Assembly: GCA_964016885.1 (NCBI GenBank)
Contig: OZ024745.1
Location: forward strand, 45,136,001-45,200,000
DNA: 64,000 nucleotides
DNA from: Eledone cirrhosa
Taxonomy: Eukaryota
Reading direction: 5' to 3'
Below, one piece after another: positions 41,242 to 53,698 of this stretch. The first letter of the stretch is position 1, and every line of letters starts with the position of its first letter. Made by a program: the position numbers and the translations under genes. Under the pieces are notes generated by a model. The model saw only the letters and a program-made list of their open reading frames with translations. It was not told the DNA's origin and ran no database searches.

Positions 41242-42647
41242 TGTGGTAGAAAGCAAAACAATGGGAAAAGGTCAAAAATGAATGTTACCTTAGTAATTTA
41301 TTATCCCCAATATTTCGGATTTACCATCCATTATGAAGTGAAGTTTCGTTGGAGAAAATCTCGGTGAAATCGGAGATTGTCTTTCCTGGCCGGGAATCGA
41401 ACTCTAGACTTTATGATTATGAGCCAAGCACGTCTATCTACTAAGCCAAGCGCCTTCACTCAAAGTTAAATGCTGTAATGTTTTTTTTTAAATCTGGTAT
41501 TATGGCATTTTAGTACAGTGCTTGTATTGTTTTACTGTGCATCGAACGAAGGTTTAAAACCCCACAGAAAATAGTAATATTACTGTAGTTAGTCATCACA
41601 AGAGGGACTAATCACATTTGTTGACTAAACCGTGCCTCAGCTCATTTATTACCGGATGAAAAAAGATGCTGAAAGAAACAAAATAGATCGATAAACTCTG
41701 CAGACTAGCCAAATAACAACAATGAAATGTAATATAAAATAATGCTAGTAAAGAATGTCACCACTACTATTCATTCAACATTAATATGGTCATACCTTAT
41801 CTCAATCCAATCGTGTTGGATACAACCAGTAGGTCTATCAGCAGGTGGTAGCTATTAATCATCAGAGTATCCCACGTTGTAAATGGTTGCTCATGACTAC
41901 ATGAACTTCGACTCATAAAGATATATCGAAATACGCAGAAAGAAAAATACGAGACCATAGGTTGGCACAGACACAGATGAACACGTAAACATGTTCACTC
42001 ATATGTTCACAATTTTACAAGTGATGTTTAAGAAGACGCACAAAAGACAGTATAGTATAAACGTTTCAACACGTGTAGGAAAAACGCACGCAGGAAAGAA
42101 TTTCATGTGGCGCCATAATGAAGAACAAGGATGTTATATTGTGTTCTTGAACAGGTCGTGTAATTCATTTGACGTCCGCTGTATTGAAAGGTTTGTCGCA
42201 GTACTTAGTCTTTAGATAGAACTTATCTTTTATAAATAATGTATCATCTTATCGAGTGGGTTATGTTAATGTCTGGGATTTTCTTCAACAGTTCCATATG
42301 TATGTCACTACTAAGGAAGATCCTTTGGTTAATGTGTAGAATTCATGTCTGGTATCTCACTGTTATCACTTCAAAGGATTAGACATAAAATCTATTTCCA
42401 ATAGAAACAATAGAGGAATGTGTGATCAGACCGTAGAAGCATTAGGATGATTTATAGTTTAGAATACACTAAAAAGTAATTGTAACAATGTATGTAGTTT
42501 AAACGGATATCTTTCGTGATATAAATCTGAGCTTTTCGAATATTAATAATAATATTCGATTCCTTTGCAATTATGCAAACATCCTATTTAAACCATGTAA
42601 GTAGAATGACCCCATCATTCTTGCTCTTGTGTTGGCATATAAACAGA

Positions 42648-42694
42648 ACGGCAGACACTAATGTTTCTGGGTGATTACCCTTCATCAGTACCGT
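42648..42694 (-). ncRNA. Type I hammerhead ribozyme
   Basis: ACGGUA-CUGAUGA-A-GGGU(AAUC)ACCC-A-GAAA-CA(UUAG)UG-UC-UGCCGU; 6-bp stem I, GUC site. Confidence 0.8.
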
Positions 42695-42966
42695 ATACTG
42701 CTTACCTGCCAACTGCCAGAGCTAGTGAAAATATATTTTTTGGAATATTCAGTCACTGAATATTCCAAAAAATATGTAGAGCGATAAAACTATTTGTTAG
42801 TTATTTCATGATATAATTATATATATATAATAATTAACTCCGTTCTTGCACCAACAACAAGTTTCATCATCAAATAAGTTGCATAACGTCGAGTGCTTTT
42901 CTTAATTTTACATCATGATTGGCTATATTGAATGACCAGTTCTATCCAGTGGTTAACCACCAAACT

Positions 42967-43033
<67 letters not shown>

Positions 43034-44013
43034 TACGTGAGAGAGAGAGAGATTGAATTCAAGGTTCGGACGTGGTTACTGCCTCTGTGTATGTGTGTGT
43101 ATATATATATATAGAGAGAGACATGTACCGCATACATACAGGCATATTCATAAATCCATACAGATTGTAACAAAGAATTACTATACAGACATACACAGCT
43201 TCAAAGTACAGGCAGGCACCTTTGTTTGTAGATGATATTTAGCTGTGTTTTAATTTCTATGAATATACGTGTCTGTAAGTGATTATATTCTGCATGAGTT
43301 TTCTAAAGAAATATACGCATTAACATGGAAAGAAAATAAATATTGGGAATGATTCTGCCGTATTTGTTTAAAATATTAGTCATGGTAGTTGCTATATATC
43401 ATCATGACGTATGAAATATTTAGCGTGAGAAAATAACAGGCATTCGTACTTAGTTGTACTTCGTAGTCCTGCAAAGTAAATCCCTCCCGGTTTTTGTCGA
43501 TTTCTTGAAAGACACTTCAGCCATCGAATGATTAAGTTTTCACTGGAATGGATCTCAGTCGGTTTCGACGATGAGTATTCCTGTTATTCAAATTCAACCA
43601 GTGTAAAAGTCTATCCATGAAATTAACGCTGTAAGCGGTTGAGTATTCCACAGACACGTCTAACTTTAACATAATTGTCAGGGAGATTCAGTGTAATACA
43701 GTATGTTGAAAGCCTGGCCTTTCGAATTATGGGTATAGTCAACCCGACGGACAATCAAATAGTTCAGTCTATCTAATTTTATTCACAAGACATCGAATAA
43801 GTTTGCATTAGAGTTTCAATAGTCTAATTATTCACTATAGCTCATACCATATGCGTATGCAACTTCTTTTCCCGCCTTTTAAAGGTTTTCACCTTATTTT
43901 ATAAGCTTTATAGCATTACTGCGCTTGAGCCAATCCTCTGCAAAACGCGCGTAACAGGTCGATACGCAATAAATATTTTTCATATGTAAACGAAACTTCC
44001 TCGTTTTTTTTTT

Positions 44014-44068
<55 letters not shown>

Positions 44069-44167
44069 GTCTGGTATGTCAAATTAATACCATAGAACAA
44101 CCTTAAATCATAGACAACCTATATATTTCCAGGGGTACTTAGTACCCACGGGCATATTAACTTCTTC

Positions 44168-44214
<47 letters not shown>

Positions 44215-44398
44215 GACATATACATATGAATTATATAAATGAATTTTTTCGTGAGTATTTGCTGTTCTTATTCTTTGTCCGATTCCCACGAGTTGTTTAT
44301 GTACTCTGTTCATAAACCCTTTCAAAATCGAATTGTTGCTACACCGATTCAAATAATTCTTTCTGTTTTTCCTGTTTATAATTGAATTTTAATTCGGT

Positions 44399-44435
<37 letters not shown>

Positions 44436-45086
44436 CTGGGATTATATTGTCGTCATCCTTGCGTGAGTCCATAGTCCATATATCTGGAATTCCCTTTGAT
44501 CTTCGTTGTTGTTGTTATCAATTGTAGATGGTATAAATGCACTCAAAATATATTTCATGGTGTTTTTTCTAAAGAGTCTACTCTGATGCAAAGATTTTAT
44601 TTCTCACATCATTGTGTGTAAAGGTTGTGCCTCACATAATTCGACTTGTGTTACTCTGGTTGAATTACAAATTCGATGTAGTATTTTAAATAATATTACA
44701 CTCCTAGTTATAATTTATTTACAAGAACTAGTTTGAGGGCCTAACTTGTGATCGGAGTGAATATTTTTTTGTTTTAATCACACTACGAACTCTCGCTTCG
44801 ATAATGCATAGTAGCATTCTCCCTTTAAGGCCATTTGATACAACAATATCACAAACTAGTACTATGTGGTTGTTAATATCCTAATAGACAGTTCACTGTC
44901 GGATGTATCGAACGAATGTCTGCTGATGACGATGCACCAGTTCATATTGCTTAAGCAATCCCTGTTAGGTGCACTTGCAACTTGCGAATGCACGATCGCA
45001 ATAGATATTTCTTTTCCATTTGATATTCGTTGATGTTGTTATTACATAGAGAGTCCACAATCACAATTTCGATGTACTACTTCAAA

Positions 45087-45142
<56 letters not shown>

Positions 45143-45230
45143 CCAAAAGTTTATATGGTTCGTTGATTATTCAACGAATTCAATTTTACAATAGATTAGA
45201 AGCACTCGACAAAAATTTATCTGGGGTATC

Positions 45231-45539
45231 TATAATATTATTTAAAATATTAATAAATGAGAAATATCATAACGAAAGTATATATTTTATCATACATATT
45301 TCAAAGGTACAATGGTGTTTCAGTACGTTTTCATCAGATAAAATATTTCGGTACGTTTTCATCAGATAAGAGATTGGATATGCGACATACCGCTAAGGTA
45401 CTTGAATCATCAATTCCTGTAAGGAAACGTACTGATGAAAATGTACTGAAACACCATTGTACCTTTGAAATATGTATAATAAAACATATATTTTAGTTAT
45501 GATATTTCTCATTTATTAATATTTTGAATAATATTATAT
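45231..45539. mobile_element. Fold-back element with HHR motif on both arms
   Basis: Arms 45231-45337 / 45432-45539; UAUUUUAU-CUGAUGA-..GUAC..GUAC..-GAAA-UAUGUA-U(A/G)-AUAAAAUA. Confidence 0.75.
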
Positions 45540-45738
45540 ATATATATATATATAGTTATTAATTATAGTAATTAATTAATTATACTATTTATGGTTATGT
45601 AAATACAAAAACCTAGCAGTTATATGTATTTTTTATACAAACCCTAAATAGTGGTAGGCAGTAATGTATTACTTACTACCTTATTACCAGTAAGTTAAGT
45701 AGCTCAATGTAAAAACATCAGATGCTTTACAGAGCAGT

Positions 45739-46308
45739 TATATGAAATATAAGAATCAAAGAACTGTTCAAAACATTATTGTGCTTACAGCTGTTTCCTC
45801 CAAACCGAGGTTTGGATTCTTCGGAGCAATTTATTAATGAATGGACAGTTATATGACCTCCTTTTCAGCCAAGAGACATACCGATACACATGCGAATATT
45901 GTGGGTCAACAGAATTTAGAGTGGCAGTACACACTTCGAGATTACATTCATATTAAAAGGTACAATCAAAAATCAAAAATACAGGTTAAAATACAACATG
46001 AAGATAAGCGGTTATATAGTGCAAATGTTATATGTGTGGCAAGCACGTGCGTCTTGTTTATATAGTGTGGCAGAGAGATACGTGTAGTAGAGGCTCTTAG
46101 GTAGGTAAACAAGAGTGTTAGGTTGGTTGATCTGCCACCAGATCACAATATTCGCATGTGTATCGGTATGTCTCTTGGCTGAAAAGGAGGTCATATAACT
46201 GTCCATTCATTAATAAATTGCTTCGAAGAATCCAAACCTCGGTTTGGAGGAAACAGCTGTAAGCACAATAATGTTTTGAACAGTTCTTTGATTCTTATAT
46301 TTCATATA
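45739..46308. mobile_element. Fold-back element with ~165-bp arms and HHR (45782-45828 -, 46219-46265 +)
   Basis: TGCT-(C/T)CGAAGA-TCCAAACC/GGTTTGGA-GAAA-CAGCTG-TA-AGCA; ends in (TA)n. Confidence 0.8.
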
Positions 46309-46340
46309 TATATATATATACACATATACATTCACACACA

Positions 46341-47526
46341 CAGAGTGTATATTAAAACAAATCATCCGATTTCAAAAGACTATATTTTTTAATCAAATGA
46401 CCATATAATCATGTGGTAACTTATACAATACATGTCTGAATATAAAGTTTTATTCTCTTTTAGAACTTTTATAAATTTTCATAAAGTTATTTACAATTTT
46501 TTCGTGTTTTTCAGTCTGCTCCAAGATGTCGACCCAGCAACATAAAGTGTATTGCGTCCTCTGCTTCAACAAGTGTAAGTCAGTTACAATGCAGTGTGTT
46601 TTTCGTAAACAGTACAGGATTATATCTCCTACTGCTCAGAGTATTCGATGTTGGCACAAACAGTTTCAAGTGACTGGTTGTTTATGAAAAGGGAAATTCA
46701 CAGGTCACCCCATATGTGGCGTGTTTTTCGGTGCCATTTCTTATTCAAACCATACAAAATCAAGTTGTTATAAGCCCTCTGTGTAGGTGATAAACAACGA
46801 CATGTGGAGTTCTGTGAATTCATTCTGGACATGGAAGTGGGGGATGACACGTTTCTGTTACGCTTAGTGTTTTGTGACGAGGCCACGTTTCATCTAAGTG
46901 GAAAGGTGAATCGCCATACTGTAAGGATTTGGGCATCAGAACAGCCACATGCAATAGTCGAGGGAGACTCCCCCAAACTTAATGTTTTTTGTGTCGCTTC
47001 CCGACATAATGTTTACGGTCCGAACTTTTTGCAGAAAAGAGTGTTATGGGAATCTCACATCGTGAAATGTTACAGAAATGGCTTCTTCCGGAATTATAAG
47101 CAGATTCCGATGTTTTAATTTTGCAACAGAACTGAGTCCCACCATACTGGCACAGGGAAGTACGAGCGTTTCTTAATACGGTGCTTACTCAACTTCACGA
47201 TTGGCCACCAAGGTCGACTGATCTTACTGTCTATGATTTTTTCTTGTGGAGATTTGTGAAAGACTACGTTTACGTACCTCCACTTCCAACAACTGTGGAT
47301 GAACTGAGAAACCACATAAAAAGAGCAGTGGCAGCAGTAACACCAGACACACTCACTCGAGTACGGGACGAGTGTGTCCGGTGGAGGGCATATTGAGCAT
47401 TTGTAAAAATTTCAAATAAAACTTTATATTCAGACATGTATTATACAAGTTACCGCATGATTATATGTCCATTTGTTAAAAAAATATAGCCTTTTGAAAT
47501 CGGATGATTCTCTTTGATACACTCTG
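46341..47526 (+). mobile_element. Tc1/mariner (maT/DD37D-like) DNA transposon, decayed, ~110-bp TIRs
   Basis: TIRs 46341-46453 / 47414-47526, TA on the right; FCDEATFHLSGKVNRH.VRIW and WPPRSTDLT.YDFFLW.FVKD.VY motifs. Confidence 0.92.
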
Positions 47527-48072
47527 TATGTGTATGCAATATCTCTCTCACTCACTTACTCTCTCTCCCCCCTCTCTCTCCCCCCTATCTCTCTATATTT
47601 ATATATATATTATATATAGTATCAGCAGCAAATGCACAGTTACATAGGACGAATAGGCAGCTGCATCTCAACATCGTCAGCCACATTGCTGGCGTGCAAC
47701 TTCACGCATTAAGGTGTAATGCCACTTCGTGCAACAGTTTGGAGAACCGCTGTTGGTAAGATGCCTGTCTGTGTGAGGATAACAAAACAAATAATTAACA
47801 GGAAAATTTACCTGTGTCTTTCGTCAAAAACATGAAAAATTAAGATTAGAAATAAATAGATTTACCATGGAAAGATTGGAAAATTGAAAAGTTTGACTTT
47901 CGTCAGAAGAGTGCAATTCAGTTGTTGATCTGAAGAAAACTGATCTGCTACCTACCAAAAGTCAGAGAAGAAGACGAGAGAGAAACAAAGAGAGAGTGGA
48001 AGAGAAGGAAAACAGAGAGAGAGGAGAGAGAGAGAATGAGAGAGAGAGAGAGAGAGAAAGAGAGAAAGAGAG

Positions 48073-48155
<83 letters not shown>

Positions 48156-48346
48156 AAATGAGAGAATAAGGAGAGAGCAAAGTATAAATTGAGGAGAAAC
48201 GGTGTCATACATGGTAGGTTATCGGAAAATAGGGCGTGTTTTATATATATATATATACTGATACTGAGGAACGGAAATTCTTTATCCGTTTTCCCCAAGT
48301 TTTTAGTGTCTTTCATTCATTCCACATGTTAATTTCTGACTGATAA

Positions 48347-48410
<64 letters not shown>

Positions 48411-48455
48411 CACACAGATATATAAATGTATACATATATATATATATTTATATAA

Positions 48456-48488
<33 letters not shown>

Positions 48489-48689
48489 AATATATACATA
48501 TATATAAATACACACATAAATGGTTGTTGGCATTGGCAAGTGTCTAGTAAATTCATCCTGGGTGGGAATTCTCGGCTTCTTATTCTCTACCATTTCAGAT
48601 TACCTCCTCAAACATATTTATCATAATATTAGTAAGGGTGGTAGTGGTTGTAGTGTGGTGTTGGCTGTCCTATTGGTTGGGTTGGTGTT

Positions 48690-48700
48690 TTAGTAGTAGT

Positions 48701-48738
<38 letters not shown>

Positions 48739-48811
48739 CAGCAGCAGCAGCAGCAGTAGTAGAAGCAGCAGCAGCAGCAGCAGTAGCAGTAGTAGTAGTA
48801 GTAGTAGTAGT
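48690..48811. repeat. (AGC)/(AGT)n trinucleotide repeat
   Basis: Direct reading. Confidence 0.95.
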
Positions 48812-49099
48812 TTCATGCAGGATGAGAATTTATAATTTCAGCTAAATTAAAGAGGGGAAGGGTAAAGTGAACAGAGCAGAGCGGTGGGGGTGGGGGGTGG
48901 GGGGTTTGAAATCAGGTTCGGTCTAATTCTTGCCATAATACGTAATCGATTTTATATTACTGGCAGGTAAATAGAAATAGAAGACGCTTAAACCCTTTTG
49001 ATACCAAACTGCCTGAAAGCGCCCCTGGTTCAAAAATGTTTATTTTGAACTGTTTATATTCATCTAAAGTCTTCCATCATAATTTTATGTAAGAAAATC

Positions 49100-49335
49100 C
49101 GATGCTATGGGCATGTGGTTAGAATGTCTCAGGAAAGAATCGCTGGACAGATTTTATGAGAAAAACCAACCGGCAGGAGATGCAGGGGTAGACCCCGAGC
49201 AAGAAGGTTGGGTAACATCCATGAACTTGTCTGGTCACGCTTGGTCTCCAACCGGATCAGTTGGAGATGGTTGTTTCTGATAGGAAGGAGTGTTTGAGGG
49301 ATCTGCACCCACGACCCTCTTAGGAATAAGTAGGC
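49100..49335 (+). mobile_element. RTE-clade LINE 3' fragment with (TAA)n/(GAA)n tail
   Basis: YGHVVRMSQERIAGQIL..KPTGRR.RGRPR.RRL. Confidence 0.75.
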
Positions 49336-49525
49336 GAATAATAATAATAATAATAATAATAAGAAGAAGAAGAAGAACATTTGTTAAGTGATGCTCAACT
49401 TAATGTGAAAGTTTATTATATTTAATCCCTCAATATTATTTCCAATGTGATTTGATAATTATAAGATTTGATAATTATAAGCAGTGATAATTATAACATT
49501 GTTATATATATATATATATATATAT

Positions 49526-49600
<75 letters not shown>

Positions 49601-49603
<3 letters not shown>

Positions 49604-49740
49604 AGTCCAGAATTAGCCGTCGAAACGGCTTAAGCTCAGCCGTCGGGGTCTTACTTGTTCCTATTACCCACTCTACTACCCTAAGTATTGAGTACTTCGG
49701 TGCGTTATGGTCCACCTGGTTCCTTACCACATTTCCTTCG

Positions 49741-49743
<3 letters not shown>
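49601..49743 (+). mobile_element. Short insert in (TA)n carrying the 3' half of an HHR; related fold-back copy at 61251-61440
   Basis: GAAA-CGGCT(TAAGCTC)AGCCG-TC-GGGGTC at 49622-49650. Confidence 0.65.
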
Positions 49744-49800
<57 letters not shown>

Positions 49801-50166
49801 AGGTATCTGTACGTATATACCTTATTGTATTTGTTTCTCAATACTCTTAACGTGAAACTGTCTGTTGTAATATGTACTGTTGTGTTTTAAGAATGTTACT
49901 CAGCCAATAAAACAGAGGCACTTGTAGTTTACTATTTTATCATTAATTATCTAATTAATTCATTACTCAATTGATTTGTTAATGGCTTTAGCTACAAAAC
50001 TGCAGTATGTTGAATGTGTTCTATCGGAAAACCAATTGAAAAGCCCTTGGTTGTGTGGCTGTGAGATTTGACATACTAATTAAATAGTTTATTAATTAGT
50101 TAATTAATAATATAAAACTGAAATACATTCAGTACTCCAGTCACACACACACACACACACACACAA

Positions 50167-50217
<51 letters not shown>

Positions 50218-50235
50218 CGTGTGTATATATATATC

Positions 50236-50272
<37 letters not shown>

Positions 50273-50274
<2 letters not shown>

Positions 50275-50422
50275 CAGTATATAGAGAGAAATACACAAAG
50301 AGGTATGTGTTTAATTATAGGGGATAGAGAACCAACTTTCGTAGACAATATGTTCTCTGGTCGTATTCTATCCCCTATAATTAAACACATACCTCTTTGT
50401 GAATTTCTCTCTATATACTGAT
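50273..50422. repeat. 56-bp inverted repeat hairpin next to (TA)n
   Basis: Arms 50273-50328 / 50367-50422. Confidence 0.85.
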
Positions 50423-50506
50423 ATATAAAGAGCCCGGAATCAATTCCTTGAGCTCATTAAATTATAGGGGATTAACGTGAGTCTTTAACTCTCTTTTTTA
50501 ATTTGA

Positions 50507-50630
<124 letters not shown>

Positions 50631-50636
50631 AATATT

Positions 50637-50890
50637 GGCGACGAATTGGCAGAGTCGTTAAGACGTCGAATAGGATGCTTTAAGGTATTCGGTCCATCTC
50701 ATTACGCGCTCTGAGTCCAAATCCCGCCGTAGTTAACTTTGCCTTTCATCCTCTCAAGGTCGATAAAAAAGTACCAGTCCTGTACTGGGTCGATTCTTTC
50801 TCTATAGAAAAAATTGGCTGTGTTCAGACCTGCAGAAGGTTGGGATTCGCCATGTTTAAAAGTGCCCAAGAAACGCTGTATGACGGAGTC
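50637..50890 (+). mobile_element. tRNA-derived SINE with distinctive tail
   Basis: GGCGACGAATTGGCAGAGTCGTT head, core motif, tail shared with 9470-9600. Confidence 0.8.
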
Positions 50891-50926
50891 TCTACGACTC
50901 CACAAGGAGTTACGGGATCTTTAAAG

Positions 50927-51012
<86 letters not shown>

Positions 51013-51701
51013 AGAATAGACTCCCTGATGACGCAATGAATTCTCGACAGTTGGATTACGTAACTGTCTTTATCCCATTGCAGAAACTAATTAGTTGCAG
51101 TGAAAATTTTAGTAAGTAAGTTAATTTTTAAAATTTTTTTAAATTTTCTTATTTTACGTCTTTTATATTATTGTTCTGCATCCTCCTGCATTGAACCACC
51201 TAGGTACTATGACATAACCTGTGTATTTGCTAGCATTAGCGTACATCTGTACGCATATGTTAGTTGATATACTAAATTCTCTATATTTATCTCCAAATTA
51301 CTTATTTGTCGAGCAAACCTGCCAAAACCACTACTAATTTATTGGTGTGATAGTAGGCTTCTGTCATCTTACCATCCCACTCCTACCAACTAGCCTCAGT
51401 GTCACGTGATTGATTCTTTAGAATCTGCCATTTGACCAGTGACAGCGAGTTTTTCAGTGCATGGAATCCAGTCCCCGCTAGCTGTTCCATCTACCGAATT
51501 ATTATTATCTTTATATGAGTCCCCAGTGTCCGCGCATTGCCTGGAGACTTAGCTGAGAATAGACTCCCTGATGACGCAATGAATTCTCGACAGTTGGATT
51601 ACGTAACTGTCTTTATCCCATTGCAGAAACTAATTAGTTGGAGTGAAAATTTTAGTAAGTAAGTTAATTTTTTAAATTTTTTAAAATTTTCTTATTTTAC
51701 G

Positions 51702-51707
<6 letters not shown>
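51013..51707 (+). mobile_element. Retrozyme-like non-coding element, 543-bp unit bounded by two HHRs (51020-51101, 51563-51644)
   Basis: 51013-51164 repeated at 51556-51707; stem I ACTCC/GGAGT, CTGATGA, GAAA-CTAATTAG-TT. Confidence 0.85.
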
Positions 51708-51782
<75 letters not shown>

Positions 51783-51849
51783 GGTAAACATTGATGCAAT
51801 TCAATTCAGGCACTCAACGTACTTTTTCCACATAGGAGTGACGGAGTAA

Positions 51850-52880
51850 ATAAGTAAAAGCGAAGTAGTTTCAGATGTTCAAGTCCTTTAATAATAATGC
51901 TGTCATATATATTTCAGTGACGACACTGGCCACACTGTTCTGTGTGCGAGTGTCGTGTCATCATCAGACAGCTTGTTACATAATAAGGTTATGTTTCCAA
52001 GGCAATCCAAATTGGATCGACATGGGAACGGATGAATTGCGTGTTTTGGGGTTTTTCATCCGCTCCCTTGTGAGTACCAATTCACCCCCACCGGTCTGCG
52101 CAAGCGCATGTCCGAAGGAAGTTGACCATTAGCCACCGCAGATTTCAACGAAATTCGCTTAGTCAATTCACCCCCTCAGTCAAAATAATGGCCCACCAAT
52201 GCCTGTACCATACTTTACTGCTACCCATCACGGCTGTGGCAGTCAGCCGAGAGCCAGAGGGGATGGGAGAGTGTTAGTTTTTACAGGTCTAATACTACCC
52301 CTCACTAAGCGTTGACGGTATGGCTGACCATCACCTTATAAGGGAAGATAAACTTAATTCTAGGTATCATGGTTTTACGTTGGAAGTTAAGAGTGAGAGT
52401 TGGAAATAAAAATTAAAATCCTAAATCAAATATCAGAAATTATAAATTAAACAATTAAGAAATTAACAATTAGAAATTAAAGAATTAAAAAAAATTCTTT
52501 TCAGGTGATAATTCGGATTGAGGTGAGTAAAAATATAGACTGAAGTGAGTAAATAATATGGAGAGAGATGTTTAAGTAATATGTTCTGAGAGGGATTCTA
52601 GTGTCACAGTTACTCTATCCACATATTGAACGACAGTGCCGTACATTATAACTGAGGGCAAACTACAGGGCTCTAGGCATTAGTGAATCTGGTACAGTCA
52701 TAATTTCCATCACATGGAACAAAATCAAAGAAAAACAGACATAACCTTATTATGTAACAAGCTGTCTGATGATGACACGACACTCGCACACACTACAGTG
52801 TGGCCAGTGTCGTCACTGAAATATATATCACAGCATTATTATTAAAGGACTTGAACATCTGAAACTACTTCGCTTTTCCT

Positions 52881-52884
<4 letters not shown>
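51850..52884. mobile_element. PLE-type remnant with ~145-bp inverted arms and HHR (52761-52834 +, 51899-51972 -)
   Basis: GCTGT-CTGATGA-..ACGACACT/AGTGTCGT..-GAAA-TATATA-TC-ACAGC; preceded by SESGTVIISITWNKIKEKQT*, reminiscent of a PLE endonuclease C-terminus. Confidence 0.8.
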
Positions 52885-52945
<61 letters not shown>

Positions 52946-53361
52946 AGAGATAGAGGGAGGGAGAGAAAAATCAACAAGGGAACACAACGCGCGGGAACAA
53001 TGAAATTTTGATATCTATTAGTTTGATTTAATAAGAAAAGCGTCTTAACATTTCAAGCGTTAGTCCTTCATCGGAATATAGAATGAGAGAGAAAGAAGAC
53101 ATTTGATGGACTTGTGCCTAAATTAGATATCAAGATTTTCTCAGCTATCGGTAATGTACAGGCTTTGCTTTTACATCGTATAAGAAATAATTGTTTCTAC
53201 TTTAGGCACAAGGCCAGCAATTACCCAGTGCATTACTGGTACTTTATTTTATCGACCCCGTAAGGATGAAAGGCAAAGTACAGTAGCTTTGTTGACTTTA
53301 TTACGAGAAAATGATTTTACCTAAACAAAAAAAAAAAAAAAAAAGTGTAAATCTCTCACTG

Positions 53362-53698
53362 CATACATATAGCCCTGATAAAATTATACACTTACTTTCT
53401 TACTACATACACATAGCCCTGATTAAATTATACACTTACTTTCTTACTACATACACATAGTCCTGATTAAATTATACACTTACTTTCTTACTACATACAT
53501 ATAGCCCTGATTAAATTATACACTTACTTTCTTACTACATACATATAGCCCTGATAACATTATACACTTACTTTCTTACTACATACACATAGCCCTGATT
53601 AAATTATACACTTACTTTCTTACTACATACACATAGCCCTGATTAAATTATACACTTACTTTCTTACTACATACATATAGCCCTGATAAAATTATACA
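53362..53698 (+). repeat. 44-bp minisatellite, ~7.5 copies
   Basis: CA(C/T)ATAGCCCTGAT(T/A)AAATTATACACTTACTTTCTTACTACATA; period 53371 to 53415. Confidence 0.95.

Noticed and set aside
47620-47760. Possible + strand exon ending TG|GTAAG
   Set aside because: Peptide unremarkable, poor acceptor, and the end GTTTGGAGAACCGCTG resembles a hAT/Charlie terminus.
48989-49090. piggyBac-like end TTAA(A)CCCTTT (also ~19413)
   Set aside because: Only one terminus visible; not enough to call an element.
53362-53698. 44-bp repeat containing CCCTGAT as a ribozyme array
   Set aside because: CTGATTA/CTGATAA is not the CUGANGA core and there is no GAAA; ordinary minisatellite.
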